Virus record (IMG/VR): IMGVR_UViG_3300022555_000010
Location: 64,001 to 128,000 of that record
DNA from: a virus
Length of the DNA stretch: 64,000 bases
Direction: 5' to 3' (one strand)
The first letter of the stretch is position 1. Each line of letters begins with the position of its first letter. The translations under genes and the position numbers were made by a program. The notes under the pieces are model-generated. The model had not been told where the DNA came from and did no database searches. It saw only the letters and a program-made list of their open reading frames with translations. Below are positions 37,342 through 45,581 of the stretch, one piece after another.

Positions 37342-37667
37342 GCCAGGGCATCCCGATAGTGTTGCTTCGTAAGGGTGATTGTCCGGAGGTTATTGGTGAG
37401 CCGGGGAAGGAACCAGAGGCTTTGGATACTTTGGATAAGATGAAGATAGTGAAGTTGACACGACCCCAGGATGGTCGAAAACCGAAGGGTGCGATACAGA
37501 ATTTCTCCGAGAAGCCGGTTCTGACAGATGAGGAACTTCTGGAAGAGTATGGTTGGGAGATGGAATGCTTGAGTCCGTTTGAGTTGAGGCATAAGGATGG
37601 GTCATTCTTATGCGGGAATCAGGCGAAAGATCTATTGAGGCAGTATCGAGAGGATGAGAAGAAATGA
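37314..37667 (+). CDS. hypothetical protein
   Basis: ORF. Confidence 0.5.
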   Translation: MSKSFGEALSQGIPIVLLRKGDCPEVIGEPGKEPEALDTLDKMKIVKLTRPQDGRKPKGAIQNFSEKPVLTDEELLEEYGWEMECLSPFELRHKDGSFLCGNQAKDLLRQYREDEKK

Positions 37668-37669
37668 TT

Positions 37670-37705
37670 CCCCGCATGGTGAAATTGGCAGACACAACGG
37701 ACTTA
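37670..37705 (+). pseudogene. 5' half of tRNA-Leu (TA-), truncated within the anticodon
   Basis: CCCCGCA TG GTG AAATTGGCAGA CAC A ACGGA CT TA. Confidence 0.8.
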
Positions 37706-37765
37706 CAATGCAGTGATGTCTTAATTATTATTTTATAATTCTTATCATAGTAGGGAGATACTACT

Positions 37766-38326
37766 ATGAAAAAGACTGATAATGAGATACGTGAGGCGGT
37801 TGTTGGATCTATTACGTATGCCGGGATTTTGATTAAATTAGGTCTTGTCCCAATGGGGGGAAATTACAAGACAATAAAGAGAAGAATACGAATTCTTGGT
37901 ATTTCGACAGAACATCTTAAGGGGAAGTCATGGAATCGGGGAGGAGTTGGAAAACGAAGTTATGCGAAGAAGTCCTTGGAGAGTGTAATGATAGAAGATT
38001 CTTCGTATTCGACTTTTAAACTCAAGAAGAGATTGTTCAGAGAGGGAATTTTTAAGAAAAAATGCAACAAGTGTGGAGGAGAACAGTGGCTGGGAAAGCC
38101 AATGCCATTAGAATTAGAACATAAAAATGGGAATAGTCACGATCACAGGATAGAGAATTTAGAGATACTTTGTCCCAACTGTCATTCTTTTACGGATACA
38201 TATCGAGGTCGGAAGTCTCGTGGGAAAAAGATTATGAAGGAAGAACGACGATGTTCTAACTGTAATGGTCGGGTGTCGTTAGGGTCGAAATCTGGATTGT
38301 GCTATTTATGTTCTCCAAAGTTTTGA
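37766..38326 (+). CDS. HNH homing endonuclease
   Basis: CNKC..LELEHKNGNSHDHRIENLEILCPNCH; similar to 35418. Confidence 0.9.
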   Translation: MKKTDNEIREAVVGSITYAGILIKLGLVPMGGNYKTIKRRIRILGISTEHLKGKSWNRGGVGKRSYAKKSLESVMIEDSSYSTFKLKKRLFREGIFKKKCNKCGGEQWLGKPMPLELEHKNGNSHDHRIENLEILCPNCHSFTDTYRGRKSRGKKIMKEERRCSNCNGRVSLGSKSGLCYLCSPKF

Positions 38327-38330
38327 AAAT

Positions 38331-38407
38331 GCCGGAGTGGTCCAATTGGCAGAGGCAACAGTTTTAAAAATTGTGTGTTGCGGGTTCGACTCCCGCCTTC
38401 GGCACCA
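38331..38407 (+). tRNA. tRNA-Leu (TAA), short variable loop
   Basis: ACAGT-TTTAAAA-ATTGT, 77 nt, CCA. Confidence 0.85.
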
Positions 38408-38537
38408 AGGAGAAACAAGATGACGGACGAGGAGATCGGACGGAGGTTGTTGAATATTGACGCCATTGCATATTCTCAATGGAGTTATTTGACAAGAACT
38501 TTGGGATGTATTGTGGTTGATGACGAAAGAGACTTTT

Positions 38538-38996
38538 ATGAAATTCAAGATACCGTGTGAGTGGACGGTGAGGACGGTCGAGGTGATCGAAGCCAAAAAT
38601 TTGGTAGATGCACAAGATAAGGCTTTCAAGTTGACTCGACCAAAGACATTGGAAGGCTGCAAGATTGAAGATCCTATTGGTGGGGGTCTGGATTGGAAGA
38701 CATTCAACAAGATGTATCCACCAAAGCCTCCGGCTGATCCGATGGAGGGTTGGACAAGGACAACTGATCCTGGGCCGTATCAGGGCGGGCAATGGGTGAA
38801 GGAGGCGAATGGGTGTGAGGTATTTGTCACCGGGGATACTGGGCCGATAGAGGTCGGGATGGGAATGACAACCTATTCGTGGAGTGTGTCGAAGCCTGGT
38901 CGTAATGACACTCTAACCTCGAAGAAGGATTTCGATAGGATTGAAGAAGCTCGTGATGCGGCATTGAAGGCATCGGAACGATGGAGTAAGATGTGA
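38538..38996 (+). CDS. hypothetical protein
   Basis: ORF. Confidence 0.55.
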   Translation: MKFKIPCEWTVRTVEVIEAKNLVDAQDKAFKLTRPKTLEGCKIEDPIGGGLDWKTFNKMYPPKPPADPMEGWTRTTDPGPYQGGQWVKEANGCEVFVTGDTGPIEVGMGMTTYSWSVSKPGRNDTLTSKKDFDRIEEARDAALKASERWSKM

Positions 38997-39169
38997 AGCC
39001 TGAAGTGATTAAGGGGATCAGGAAGCAGTCTGGGATGACTCAGACGGAGTTTGCAAAGGCGATGAGAGTATCATTCGCGACTGTAAACAGATGGGAGAAA
39101 GGACATTTTGTTCCACTCCCGGACAGACTGGATCGTTTGAAAGAGTTTAAACAAGGAATCGTGAAATGA
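38993..39169 (+). CDS. small XRE/Cro-like HTH regulator (58 aa, not in ORF track)
   Basis: IRKQSGMTQTEFAKAMRVSFATVNRWEKG; GTG start overlapping upstream stop. Confidence 0.75.
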   Translation: MKPEVIKGIRKQSGMTQTEFAKAMRVSFATVNRWEKGHFVPLPDRLDRLKEFKQGIVK

Positions 39170-39537
39170 AAAACAGGTTTGCGGAGATCGCGGAGAGAGT
39201 GGCGGCTAAGTATCAAGACATTGGTCATCAGCCTGGAGATAGACTCTGGTGGGTTGGCAATGATGGTAAGGTCAAGACCTTGGTGTCAACTGGTAAGGAG
39301 TTCCACCACGATATTGACGAGAATATCGATATGGATGCTCGGTGGCGTGGCCGTTTGGAAAAGGGTGGTATGTGTACTCTGTTACCACCGGTGCATCTGT
39401 ATGCGAAGTTCAAGGATGTGGAGGATATGCCTCTCCCGGATTCAGCGATGACGAAGTTGGAGAAACTGGGAGCGAAGCACTTCTATCTGGATACTCAGCG
39501 GGGTATGAATCGGATCAGTAAGACGGTTGTCCGGTGA
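39166..39537 (+). CDS. hypothetical protein
   Basis: coupled ORF. Confidence 0.55.
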   Translation: MKNRFAEIAERVAAKYQDIGHQPGDRLWWVGNDGKVKTLVSTGKEFHHDIDENIDMDARWRGRLEKGGMCTLLPPVHLYAKFKDVEDMPLPDSAMTKLEKLGAKHFYLDTQRGMNRISKTVVR

Positions 39538-39549
39538 ACTGGAGATTTT

Positions 39550-39585
39550 GGAAGAATGCCGTAACTGGTAGCGGGTCTGATTCGA
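39550..39585 (+). pseudogene. 5' half of tRNA-Ser (CGA), truncated after the anticodon
   Basis: GGAAGAA TG CCG TAACTGGTAG CGG G TCTGA TT CGA. Confidence 0.8.
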
Positions 39586-39630
39586 TTGTAATAATTGTTT
39601 GATATTTGCACCTAAAGTGGAGGTGCGAAT

Positions 39631-40479
39631 ATGAATAAGTGCAGATTTTGTGGAAAAGGCGGATTTGAAAAGCGGGGACTTCGAGAACACGAGAAGTATT
39701 GTCGGATAGTTCATCGTTATGTTGATATTGCGAAGGAAGAACTGGAAACAGGATTGTTGCTATGTGAGACGGGATGTGGTCTGCCAGCCAGATTTACATT
39801 GAAAGTTGGAAAGGTTTGTTGTTCTGAGTTTGTTCAGTCTTGCCCGGAGACAAAACGAAAAAACAGCCTTTCAAAGAGTGGTGAGCATAATCCAAGAGGC
39901 ATGTTGGGTAAAAAGACCGGAAGACTCGGAAGGAAGAATGTGGATGTCTTTGGTGTTGTCGTGGCAGGTCGAATAAGTAAAAAGATTTCCAATAGGTTGA
40001 CTGGTAAAGTTACAGGGATGGCATCAACAGTTGGAAATGAGATTGAGAGAGTTCGTAAGATTTCTGATGCGGCAAAAAAGAATACTTACGGAAATTATGG
40101 AGGATACAAGAGGGGAGCAGGAAGAGGGAGACACGGATGGTATAAAGGTATCTGGTTTGACTCTTCCTGGGAATTAGCGTGGATCATATTCAATATTGAT
40201 CACGGGATTCAGTTTGAGAGAAATAGTGATAGGTTTGAATATCAATGGGATGGAAAGACTCATAAGTATCTTCCAGACTTCAAAATGGCTGATGGGAAGT
40301 ATGTAGAAGTTAAATCGTGGTTGAATGACAAGGTGGTTGCAAAATTAAAGGCGTGTCCAGGAGTTCTTGTTTTAATGAAGAAGGAGATGGAGCCGTTTAT
40401 TCAGTATGCAATTAGAAAATATGGTAAAGACTTTGTTAAGGATTTTGAGATTAAAAGGAAGAATGTCCGAACTGGATAA
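39631..40479 (+). CDS. PD-(D/E)XK-type putative homing endonuclease
   Basis: DSSWEL..YLPDF..YVEVK; N-terminal Cys motifs. Confidence 0.75.
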   Translation: MNKCRFCGKGGFEKRGLREHEKYCRIVHRYVDIAKEELETGLLLCETGCGLPARFTLKVGKVCCSEFVQSCPETKRKNSLSKSGEHNPRGMLGKKTGRLGRKNVDVFGVVVAGRISKKISNRLTGKVTGMASTVGNEIERVRKISDAAKKNTYGNYGGYKRGAGRGRHGWYKGIWFDSSWELAWIIFNIDHGIQFERNSDRFEYQWDGKTHKYLPDFKMADGKYVEVKSWLNDKVVAKLKACPGVLVLMKKEMEPFIQYAIRKYGKDFVKDFEIKRKNVRTG

Positions 40480-40544
40480 GGAGTCTGCCTCGAAAGCAGA
40501 TGTACCGAAAGGTATTGGGGGTTCGAGTCCCTCTTCTTCCGCCA
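40457..40544 (+). tRNA. tRNA-Ser (CGA)
   Basis: TCTGC-CTCGAAA-GCAGA, V arm, GCCA. Confidence 0.92.
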
Positions 40545-40747
40545 CACCGAGTGAGATTGTTTATATCAGTAAGGGAGTTTTGTTGAAGGAGATGGCGGAT
40601 CTGGGCATCAATATCAACAGTGTTACGGCTGATGGGATAGTGAGTTCGGCAAAGATGGTGATTGTTGATGGGATTGTGGTGAAGAATCGGGATGGTAAGA
40701 CCGGGGCGAATGTCTCGGGAACGATAGTGGTCGATGATGAGAAAGAT

Positions 40748-40822
40748 TGGCGAGTAGCTCAATGGTAGAGTATCCGGCTGTTAACCGGGTTGTTGGAGGT
40801 TCAAGTCCTCTCTCGCCAGCCA
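40748..40822 (+). tRNA. tRNA-Asn (GTT)
   Basis: TCCGG-CTGTTAA-CCGGG, GCCA. Confidence 0.93.
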
Positions 40823-40828
40823 AATATT

Positions 40829-41152
40829 ATGAAACAAGAACTGATAGATCTATGGCAGCAGATGGCCGATCTGACAAAGGAAAAGTGTCAGAAGTCCTGT
40901 AGGAATATGGGAGCATGTTGCAGTGGAGAATACTGTGAACTCGCCGCCGAGACGATGGAGAAGGCCGGTGAGAAGGTTCCCCCGATGCCTTTCGTAGTGG
41001 ACGGGAAGTGTTCTATTCCTCCTCATTACAGGCCGATATGTGCATTACATCAGTGTGATATTGGCAGTCTTGGGTTTATGAAGGGGGACCCGGACTTGAC
41101 AAAGAGATATTTTGATTTGAGATTCAAGTTGGAAGACTTGGCAGAATTTTAA
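40829..41152 (+). CDS. hypothetical Cys-rich protein
   Basis: C..C..CC..C..RPIC..C cluster. Confidence 0.55.
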   Translation: MKQELIDLWQQMADLTKEKCQKSCRNMGACCSGEYCELAAETMEKAGEKVPPMPFVVDGKCSIPPHYRPICALHQCDIGSLGFMKGDPDLTKRYFDLRFKLEDLAEF

Positions 41153-41315
41153 TTCCGATAGTACCTTCAGCAATGGGATACTTCTAAAAAAACAGGTGCC
41201 CGAAAGGGCGTGAAGGTTCGAGTCCTTCCTCTGTGGCTAATAACTGCGGAGTGGTGGAATTGGCAGACACGCCTGCAAAAAAAGACCCATTGTGATTTTC
41301 GGTATTGTAGGAATT
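41151..41315 (+). ncRNA. YrlA-type Y RNA-like RNA (long terminal stem plus permuted tRNA-Leu-like domain)
   Basis: terminal stems AATTCC/GGAATT, ATAGTACC/GGTATTGT, CAATGGG/CCCATTG; inner order V arm, T arm, closed acceptor, D arm. Confidence 0.75.
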
Positions 41316-41321
41316 TTATTT

Positions 41322-41349
41322 CCGTATTGAGACAAGACATCTGCAATGT
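41322..41349 (+). promoter_or_regulatory. phage promoter-like motif
   Basis: CCGTAT-N15-GCAATGT. Confidence 0.75.
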
Positions 41350-41371
41350 ATGTGCATTAGGAGATGAGATT

Positions 41372-41590
41372 ATGTTGGGACTTAAAAAGAGGGCTGAGGA
41401 TCGTAAACTGGAAAATGATCTATACTTATCTCGTCGTGGGTATGATTACGCGGCCGGGAGATTGTTACGAGGTGGGAATGTCAAGAATCTCTATGAGGAG
41501 GCGGCGAGATGTGATGATCATAGAGAGCCTTTTACGATTGGGGTTTGTGATGCAGTCAGGGACTGGGAGAAGAAAGGGAAAGTGGGATGA
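41372..41590 (+). CDS. hypothetical protein, paralogue of 43484
   Basis: MLGLKKRAE..RRGYD..AG..LRG. Confidence 0.55.
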   Translation: MLGLKKRAEDRKLENDLYLSRRGYDYAAGRLLRGGNVKNLYEEAARCDDHREPFTIGVCDAVRDWEKKGKVG

Positions 41591-42336
41591 AAGTGTTTTT
41601 AACGAGTGGGGGAACAAAGACCCCGATAGACAGTGTCAGGCACGTAGGGAATATGTCAAAGGGGACATTTGGTTGTCATCTCTGTAATGCCTTTTTGAAA
41701 ATGGGGCATACGGTTCACTATTTTTACGCCAAGGACAGTAAGGCACCTCACGATTTCAGGCTGAATCTCAAAGAGGTTGGTTCGAGAGAAGCGATGGAGA
41801 CATTATTGGAGAGCTATGATTTCCTCGATGATTTTGGGGATCGATACATACCAATGGAATATTCTGATTTCAACTCCTATGCAGAAGGTCTGAAAAAGAT
41901 GCTTGGTTCTGGTTTGTTTGATTTGCCGGATGTTGTGGTTTTAGCGGCGGCAGTAAGTGATTATGCCCCGGTAAAGCACGAAGGCAAGATCAGTTCGGAT
42001 CTGGATAAGATGGTCATCGAGTTCGAGAAGACTCCGAAGTTGATCAGGCAGATTCGGGATTTCTGTCCGAAAACATTCCTGGTGGGGTTCAAGTTGCTTG
42101 TTGGAAGCACCCAGGACGAGTTGCTGGAGGCGATGAAGAAGCAGATGAAAGTTGCGAAGACGGATATGGTTGTCGGGAATGACCTGAGGGATATCCGGGC
42201 GGACAAACATTCGTTGACTATTTTGAGGGCAGACGGGGGAATCTCCGGGTTCTCTGGGATGTCGGGTGATAAATTGGCGGAATATCTTGTGGGATCTATT
42301 GATATCTTACAGGGAAGAAAGAAACGGTTGGCATGA
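41587..42336 (+). CDS. coaB: phosphopantothenate-cysteine ligase (CoaB-like)
   Basis: LTSGGT..IDSVR..NMSKGTFG, AAAVSDY, KISS, LVGFKL, VVGND. Confidence 0.85.
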   Translation: MKVFLTSGGTKTPIDSVRHVGNMSKGTFGCHLCNAFLKMGHTVHYFYAKDSKAPHDFRLNLKEVGSREAMETLLESYDFLDDFGDRYIPMEYSDFNSYAEGLKKMLGSGLFDLPDVVVLAAAVSDYAPVKHEGKISSDLDKMVIEFEKTPKLIRQIRDFCPKTFLVGFKLLVGSTQDELLEAMKKQMKVAKTDMVVGNDLRDIRADKHSLTILRADGGISGFSGMSGDKLAEYLVGSIDILQGRKKRLA

Positions 42337-43481
42337 ATATTTTACTTGGATTGACAGGAAGTGTGGCGACAAAGATTGCCCCGAAGATCATTGAGGCTTT
42401 GGAGGCGATTCCGAATTGTTCTGAGGTCAGGGTGATAATGACTGACAAGGCGGCAATGTTTTACAACCCGGAGGCATTGGCCAGGGTTTCAGGGGTCAAG
42501 GTCTACACGGAGGGAGACGAGTGGACCTGGCGGAAGGAAATCAAGGCGATCGGTCATGCTACGGTTCAATGTCTTGCAACAGACAAATGGGAAAAGGGAC
42601 TACCCATTCAGCATATTGAGTTGGTGAAGTGGGCTTCTTGTCTGGTGATTGCTCCGGCGACGGCGAACACGATTGGGAAGATGGCCAATGGGCTGTGTGA
42701 CAATCTGCTGACTTCGGTGTTTACGGCCTGGGATCGGAATCGGCCGGTGATTATGGCACCGGCGATGAACACCATGATGTTACATTCGCCTGCGGTAGTT
42801 CATAATATGGAGACGTTGCAGAAGATGGGTGTTCTGATGGTGCCGACAGTCAAGAAGGAATTGGCTTGTGGGGACACAGGAGATGGGGCCTTGGCAGATG
42901 CCTCGGATATTGCTCGGGTGGCCGCCAGGGAGATTCAGTGGCTATTTCCGTTCAATCTGGTGTCACCGATCAGGGGAATCCCGGTTGGGAGTCACCCAGG
43001 AGCCTTTGGAGCAATGAGGAAGCATGACAGACATTGTGGAGTGGACTTGTATTGCAACAATGGGACGCCGGTTGTTTTGGTTGAAGATGGCCGGGTGGTA
43101 AGCATTGAACCATTCACCGGGAAAGATGCTGGATGTCCTTGGTGGCTGGATACGAAGGTTGTGAAGGTGGAAGGGGCCAGTGGGGTCGTTTGTTACGGAG
43201 AGATTGAGCCTCGGGACTATGTTCAGGTTGGAAAGGTGTATCGGAAGGGGTGTCAGATTGGGAATGTGATCCCGGTGTTGAAGCCGGAGAAGCATCGTCC
43301 GGATATCCCTGGGCATTCGTGTTGTATGCTTCATCTTCAGATGTTCAGTCACGGGACATATAATCTGAAGGATGAGTTCAACAGTCACGAAGAATTGCCG
43401 GACTATATCATTGATCCGACACCGTATCTGTTGGGGGCGGTTGGGGCAAAGGATATTAAGAAGTTGGATGTGAAGGTGTAA
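42333..43481 (+). CDS. coaC: phosphopantothenoylcysteine decarboxylase (CoaC) fused to an M23 peptidase-like domain
   Basis: GLTGSVA, HIEL, APATANT, PAMN, LACGDTGDG; C-terminal HCGVD..MLH. Confidence 0.8.
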   Translation: MNILLGLTGSVATKIAPKIIEALEAIPNCSEVRVIMTDKAAMFYNPEALARVSGVKVYTEGDEWTWRKEIKAIGHATVQCLATDKWEKGLPIQHIELVKWASCLVIAPATANTIGKMANGLCDNLLTSVFTAWDRNRPVIMAPAMNTMMLHSPAVVHNMETLQKMGVLMVPTVKKELACGDTGDGALADASDIARVAAREIQWLFPFNLVSPIRGIPVGSHPGAFGAMRKHDRHCGVDLYCNNGTPVVLVEDGRVVSIEPFTGKDAGCPWWLDTKVVKVEGASGVVCYGEIEPRDYVQVGKVYRKGCQIGNVIPVLKPEKHRPDIPGHSCCMLHLQMFSHGTYNLKDEFNSHEELPDYIIDPTPYLLGAVGAKDIKKLDVKV

Positions 43482-43483
43482 CA

Positions 43484-43699
43484 ATGTTTGGATTTAAGAA
43501 AAGAGCCGAGGCAAAGAGGCACGAAGAGAACCCGAGTCCTAGGAGGAGAGGATATGATTCTATCGCAGGGGGAATATTGAGGGGTTGGAATATTGATTCA
43601 CACATTGATAATTTTATGTTGGAGGGACCGGGAAGTGTTGAGGATGGCGAGGAAGAGGCGATAAGGGATTGGATGAAAATGAGAGGATTTAAACAATGA
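43484..43699 (+). CDS. hypothetical protein, paralogue of 41372
   Basis: MFGFKKRAE..RRGYD..AG..LRG. Confidence 0.55.
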   Translation: MFGFKKRAEAKRHEENPSPRRRGYDSIAGGILRGWNIDSHIDNFMLEGPGSVEDGEEEAIRDWMKMRGFKQ

Positions 43700-43828
43700 G
43701 AAAGTCTACAGCGAGTCCAAAGAGTACGAAGATCAAGAATGGTTGCACTCGGACGAAGAGGAGTTCAGGGTGTGTCGGGTCGGCAATTGCTCGGACTCGT
43801 GAACGAAGGAAGTGTCGGTAAGTATTTT

Positions 43829-43858
43829 GACGGGTTAGCCAAGTGGTTAGGCAGGTCT
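43829..43858 (+). pseudogene. 5' half of a tRNA-Cys-like gene, truncated at the anticodon loop
   Basis: GACGGGT TA GCC AAGTGGTTA GGC A GGTCT; same layout as the downstream Cys tRNA. Confidence 0.7.
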
Positions 43859-43915
43859 TGAAAAAGCATTGACTTGACAGGCCAGTAATAGCATTATTCA
43901 GGGAATGGAGGTGCT

Positions 43916-44629
43916 ATGAAAAAGAACGAAGAAATTAAAATCAAGGCAAGAGATTTGAGGTCGCTCGGATTATCTGTTGGAGATATTTCAAAAAAACTTT
44001 CAGTCTCTTATGGCTCAGTTGGTAACTGGGTTCGTGACATTATTCTGGACGAAGAACAGAAGAAGAATATCTCAAATATTCGTCAAAAGGAAGTTCAGCG
44101 TGTTTTCGATCTTCCCTTAGAGATTTTTGATAAAATGATTGAAGACGGCTTAAGCCAGAAAATGATTGCTGATAAATTGGGAGTATCTTTGGGAATAATG
44201 AGTCGAGTGTTCAAATCGAAGGGGCTATCAGGAAGAACGCCTAAAGGTCAGAGACCCGTATTTGGTTTGAGCGATTGTAAGATTTGTGGAGTTCCCAGAA
44301 AAACATGGCGAGGAGGAACTTGTCCTACTTGTGTGTCGAAAATTAGACGTTTAAAAACGAAGATTAGGGCAGTAAAGGAGTTGGGTGGGAAATGTAAAAG
44401 TTGTTCGTGGGAACCAACAAGTCGTGAGGTTGCGGCGATGGAATTCCATCATAAAGGTGGAGATAAAAAAGAATTTGAGATAGGTAAGAAGATGAATCAT
44501 AAGTGGGAAACTTTACTTCCAGAAATCAGGAAGTGTAAATTGTTGTGTTCTCGATGTCACAGGATTGAGCACAGTCGAGTAGATCCATTGTTTGATTTTA
44601 TATTTGATCAAGATGATAAGATGCGATGA
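43916..44629 (+). CDS. HTH plus HNH homing endonuclease
   Basis: two HTH-like segments; CKSC..MEFHH..KEF..CKLLCSRCH. Confidence 0.8.
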   Translation: MKKNEEIKIKARDLRSLGLSVGDISKKLSVSYGSVGNWVRDIILDEEQKKNISNIRQKEVQRVFDLPLEIFDKMIEDGLSQKMIADKLGVSLGIMSRVFKSKGLSGRTPKGQRPVFGLSDCKICGVPRKTWRGGTCPTCVSKIRRLKTKIRAVKELGGKCKSCSWEPTSREVAAMEFHHKGGDKKEFEIGKKMNHKWETLLPEIRKCKLLCSRCHRIEHSRVDPLFDFIFDQDDKMR

Positions 44630-44693
44630 CCGAGAGGTTAGGTGGTTCTCTGCAAAAGAACATAGGCTGGTTCGAGTCCAGTTCGCATCTCCA
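44620..44693 (+). tRNA. tRNA-Cys (GCA)
   Basis: GTTCT-CTGCAAA-AGAAC, TCCA end. Confidence 0.93.
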
Positions 44694-44702
44694 AAATTTT
44701 TC

Positions 44703-44789
44703 GGGGAGTTAGCCAAGCGGCAACGGCGGCAGACTGTAAATCTGTTTCTCTAACGAGGTTCAAAGGTTCGAGTCCTTTACTCCCCACCA
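44703..44789 (+). tRNA. tRNA-Tyr (GTA)
   Basis: GCAGA-CTGTAAA-TCTGT, V arm, CCA. Confidence 0.93.
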
Positions 44790-44827
44790 ATTATTAGTGA
44801 TCAGTAATATATCGGTGAACAGTAATA

Positions 44828-45073
44828 ATGAGCAGAAGGATCAGATACACCAAGCAGAGAGCCTTATTGGGATCTTTGATTACAAGGGATGGTCTAAAAT
44901 GTCACTGGTGTCATAGGGAATGTGACCCGAAGGCTAATAATGGAAGTCCTGGATATCCGACCGTGGAGCATCTGAAGAGGCAATGTGAGGGTGGAACGGA
45001 TGACCCGGTGAATCTGGTGGTGGCTTGTTTGAAGTGTAATAGTGGGAGACATTTGCCTGGGTGGACTCCGTGA
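44828..45073 (+). CDS. small HNH endonuclease
   Basis: RDG..CHWC..TVEHL..GGTDD..NLVVACLKCN. Confidence 0.8.
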   Translation: MSRRIRYTKQRALLGSLITRDGLKCHWCHRECDPKANNGSPGYPTVEHLKRQCEGGTDDPVNLVVACLKCNSGRHLPGWTP

Positions 45074-45293
45074 TTGATGGAGTGGTCAATGGATTGATTC
45101 AGGAAGCGTCCTACCCGGATTGCAGTTATTGGCAGTTGCATATTTGTGGATGTGGGCAGGCTTCGGTTCGGCATCTTGTTGAGGGAGATCACAAGGGCTG
45201 GATCATGGGATGTAATTGTCGGACCGGGCTGGATTTGTTGGGATGGTTGCCGATAGGAGTTGTCCCGGCAGTGGATGAGGTAGATGAGTCGTT

Positions 45294-45383
45294 GGAAGGA
45301 TGGCAGAGTGGTAATGCAGCGGTTTGCTAAACCGTACAAGGTGTAAAAGTCTTGCGTGAGTTCAAGTCTCACTCCTTCCGCCA
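45294..45383 (+). tRNA. tRNA-Ser (GCT)
   Basis: GCGGT-TTGCTAA-ACCGT, V arm, GCCA. Confidence 0.93.
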
Positions 45384-45415
45384 AAATGTGTTTGGGGTGG
45401 AACCCTGATATAACG

Positions 45416-45539
45416 GTCCGTGATGCTGAAAGCTGAAGCGGGTAGCTGTTGATTGCTTCCAAAGCGACACAGAAAGTCGGTTGACTGTAGTGCGAGGTCA
45501 GCCTTTTAAATAGGCAGTAAAAACCTGCATCGGACGCCA
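45416..45539 (+). ncRNA. structured tRNA-like ncRNA candidate ending in GCCA
   Basis: GTCCG..CGGAC-GCCA terminal stem, hairpin with TTCCAAA loop, GGTTGAC/GTCAGCC hairpin. Confidence 0.4.
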
Positions 45540-45547
45540 ATTATCTT

Positions 45548-45575
45548 CCGTATTCTGTGGTACAATCTGCAATGT
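45548..45575 (+). promoter_or_regulatory. phage promoter-like motif, leaderless
   Basis: ATG 45582 six nt downstream. Confidence 0.75.
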
Positions 45576-45581
45576 CTTTAT

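Noticed and set aside
40406-40768. ORF as called in the track
   Set aside because: Its 5' part overlaps tRNA-Ser(CGA); at most a shorter downstream ORF is real and its start is unclear.
44828-45073. Sixth tRNA-replacement cassette
   Set aside because: This HNH follows an intact tRNA-Tyr, with no tRNA half before it and no tRNA directly after.
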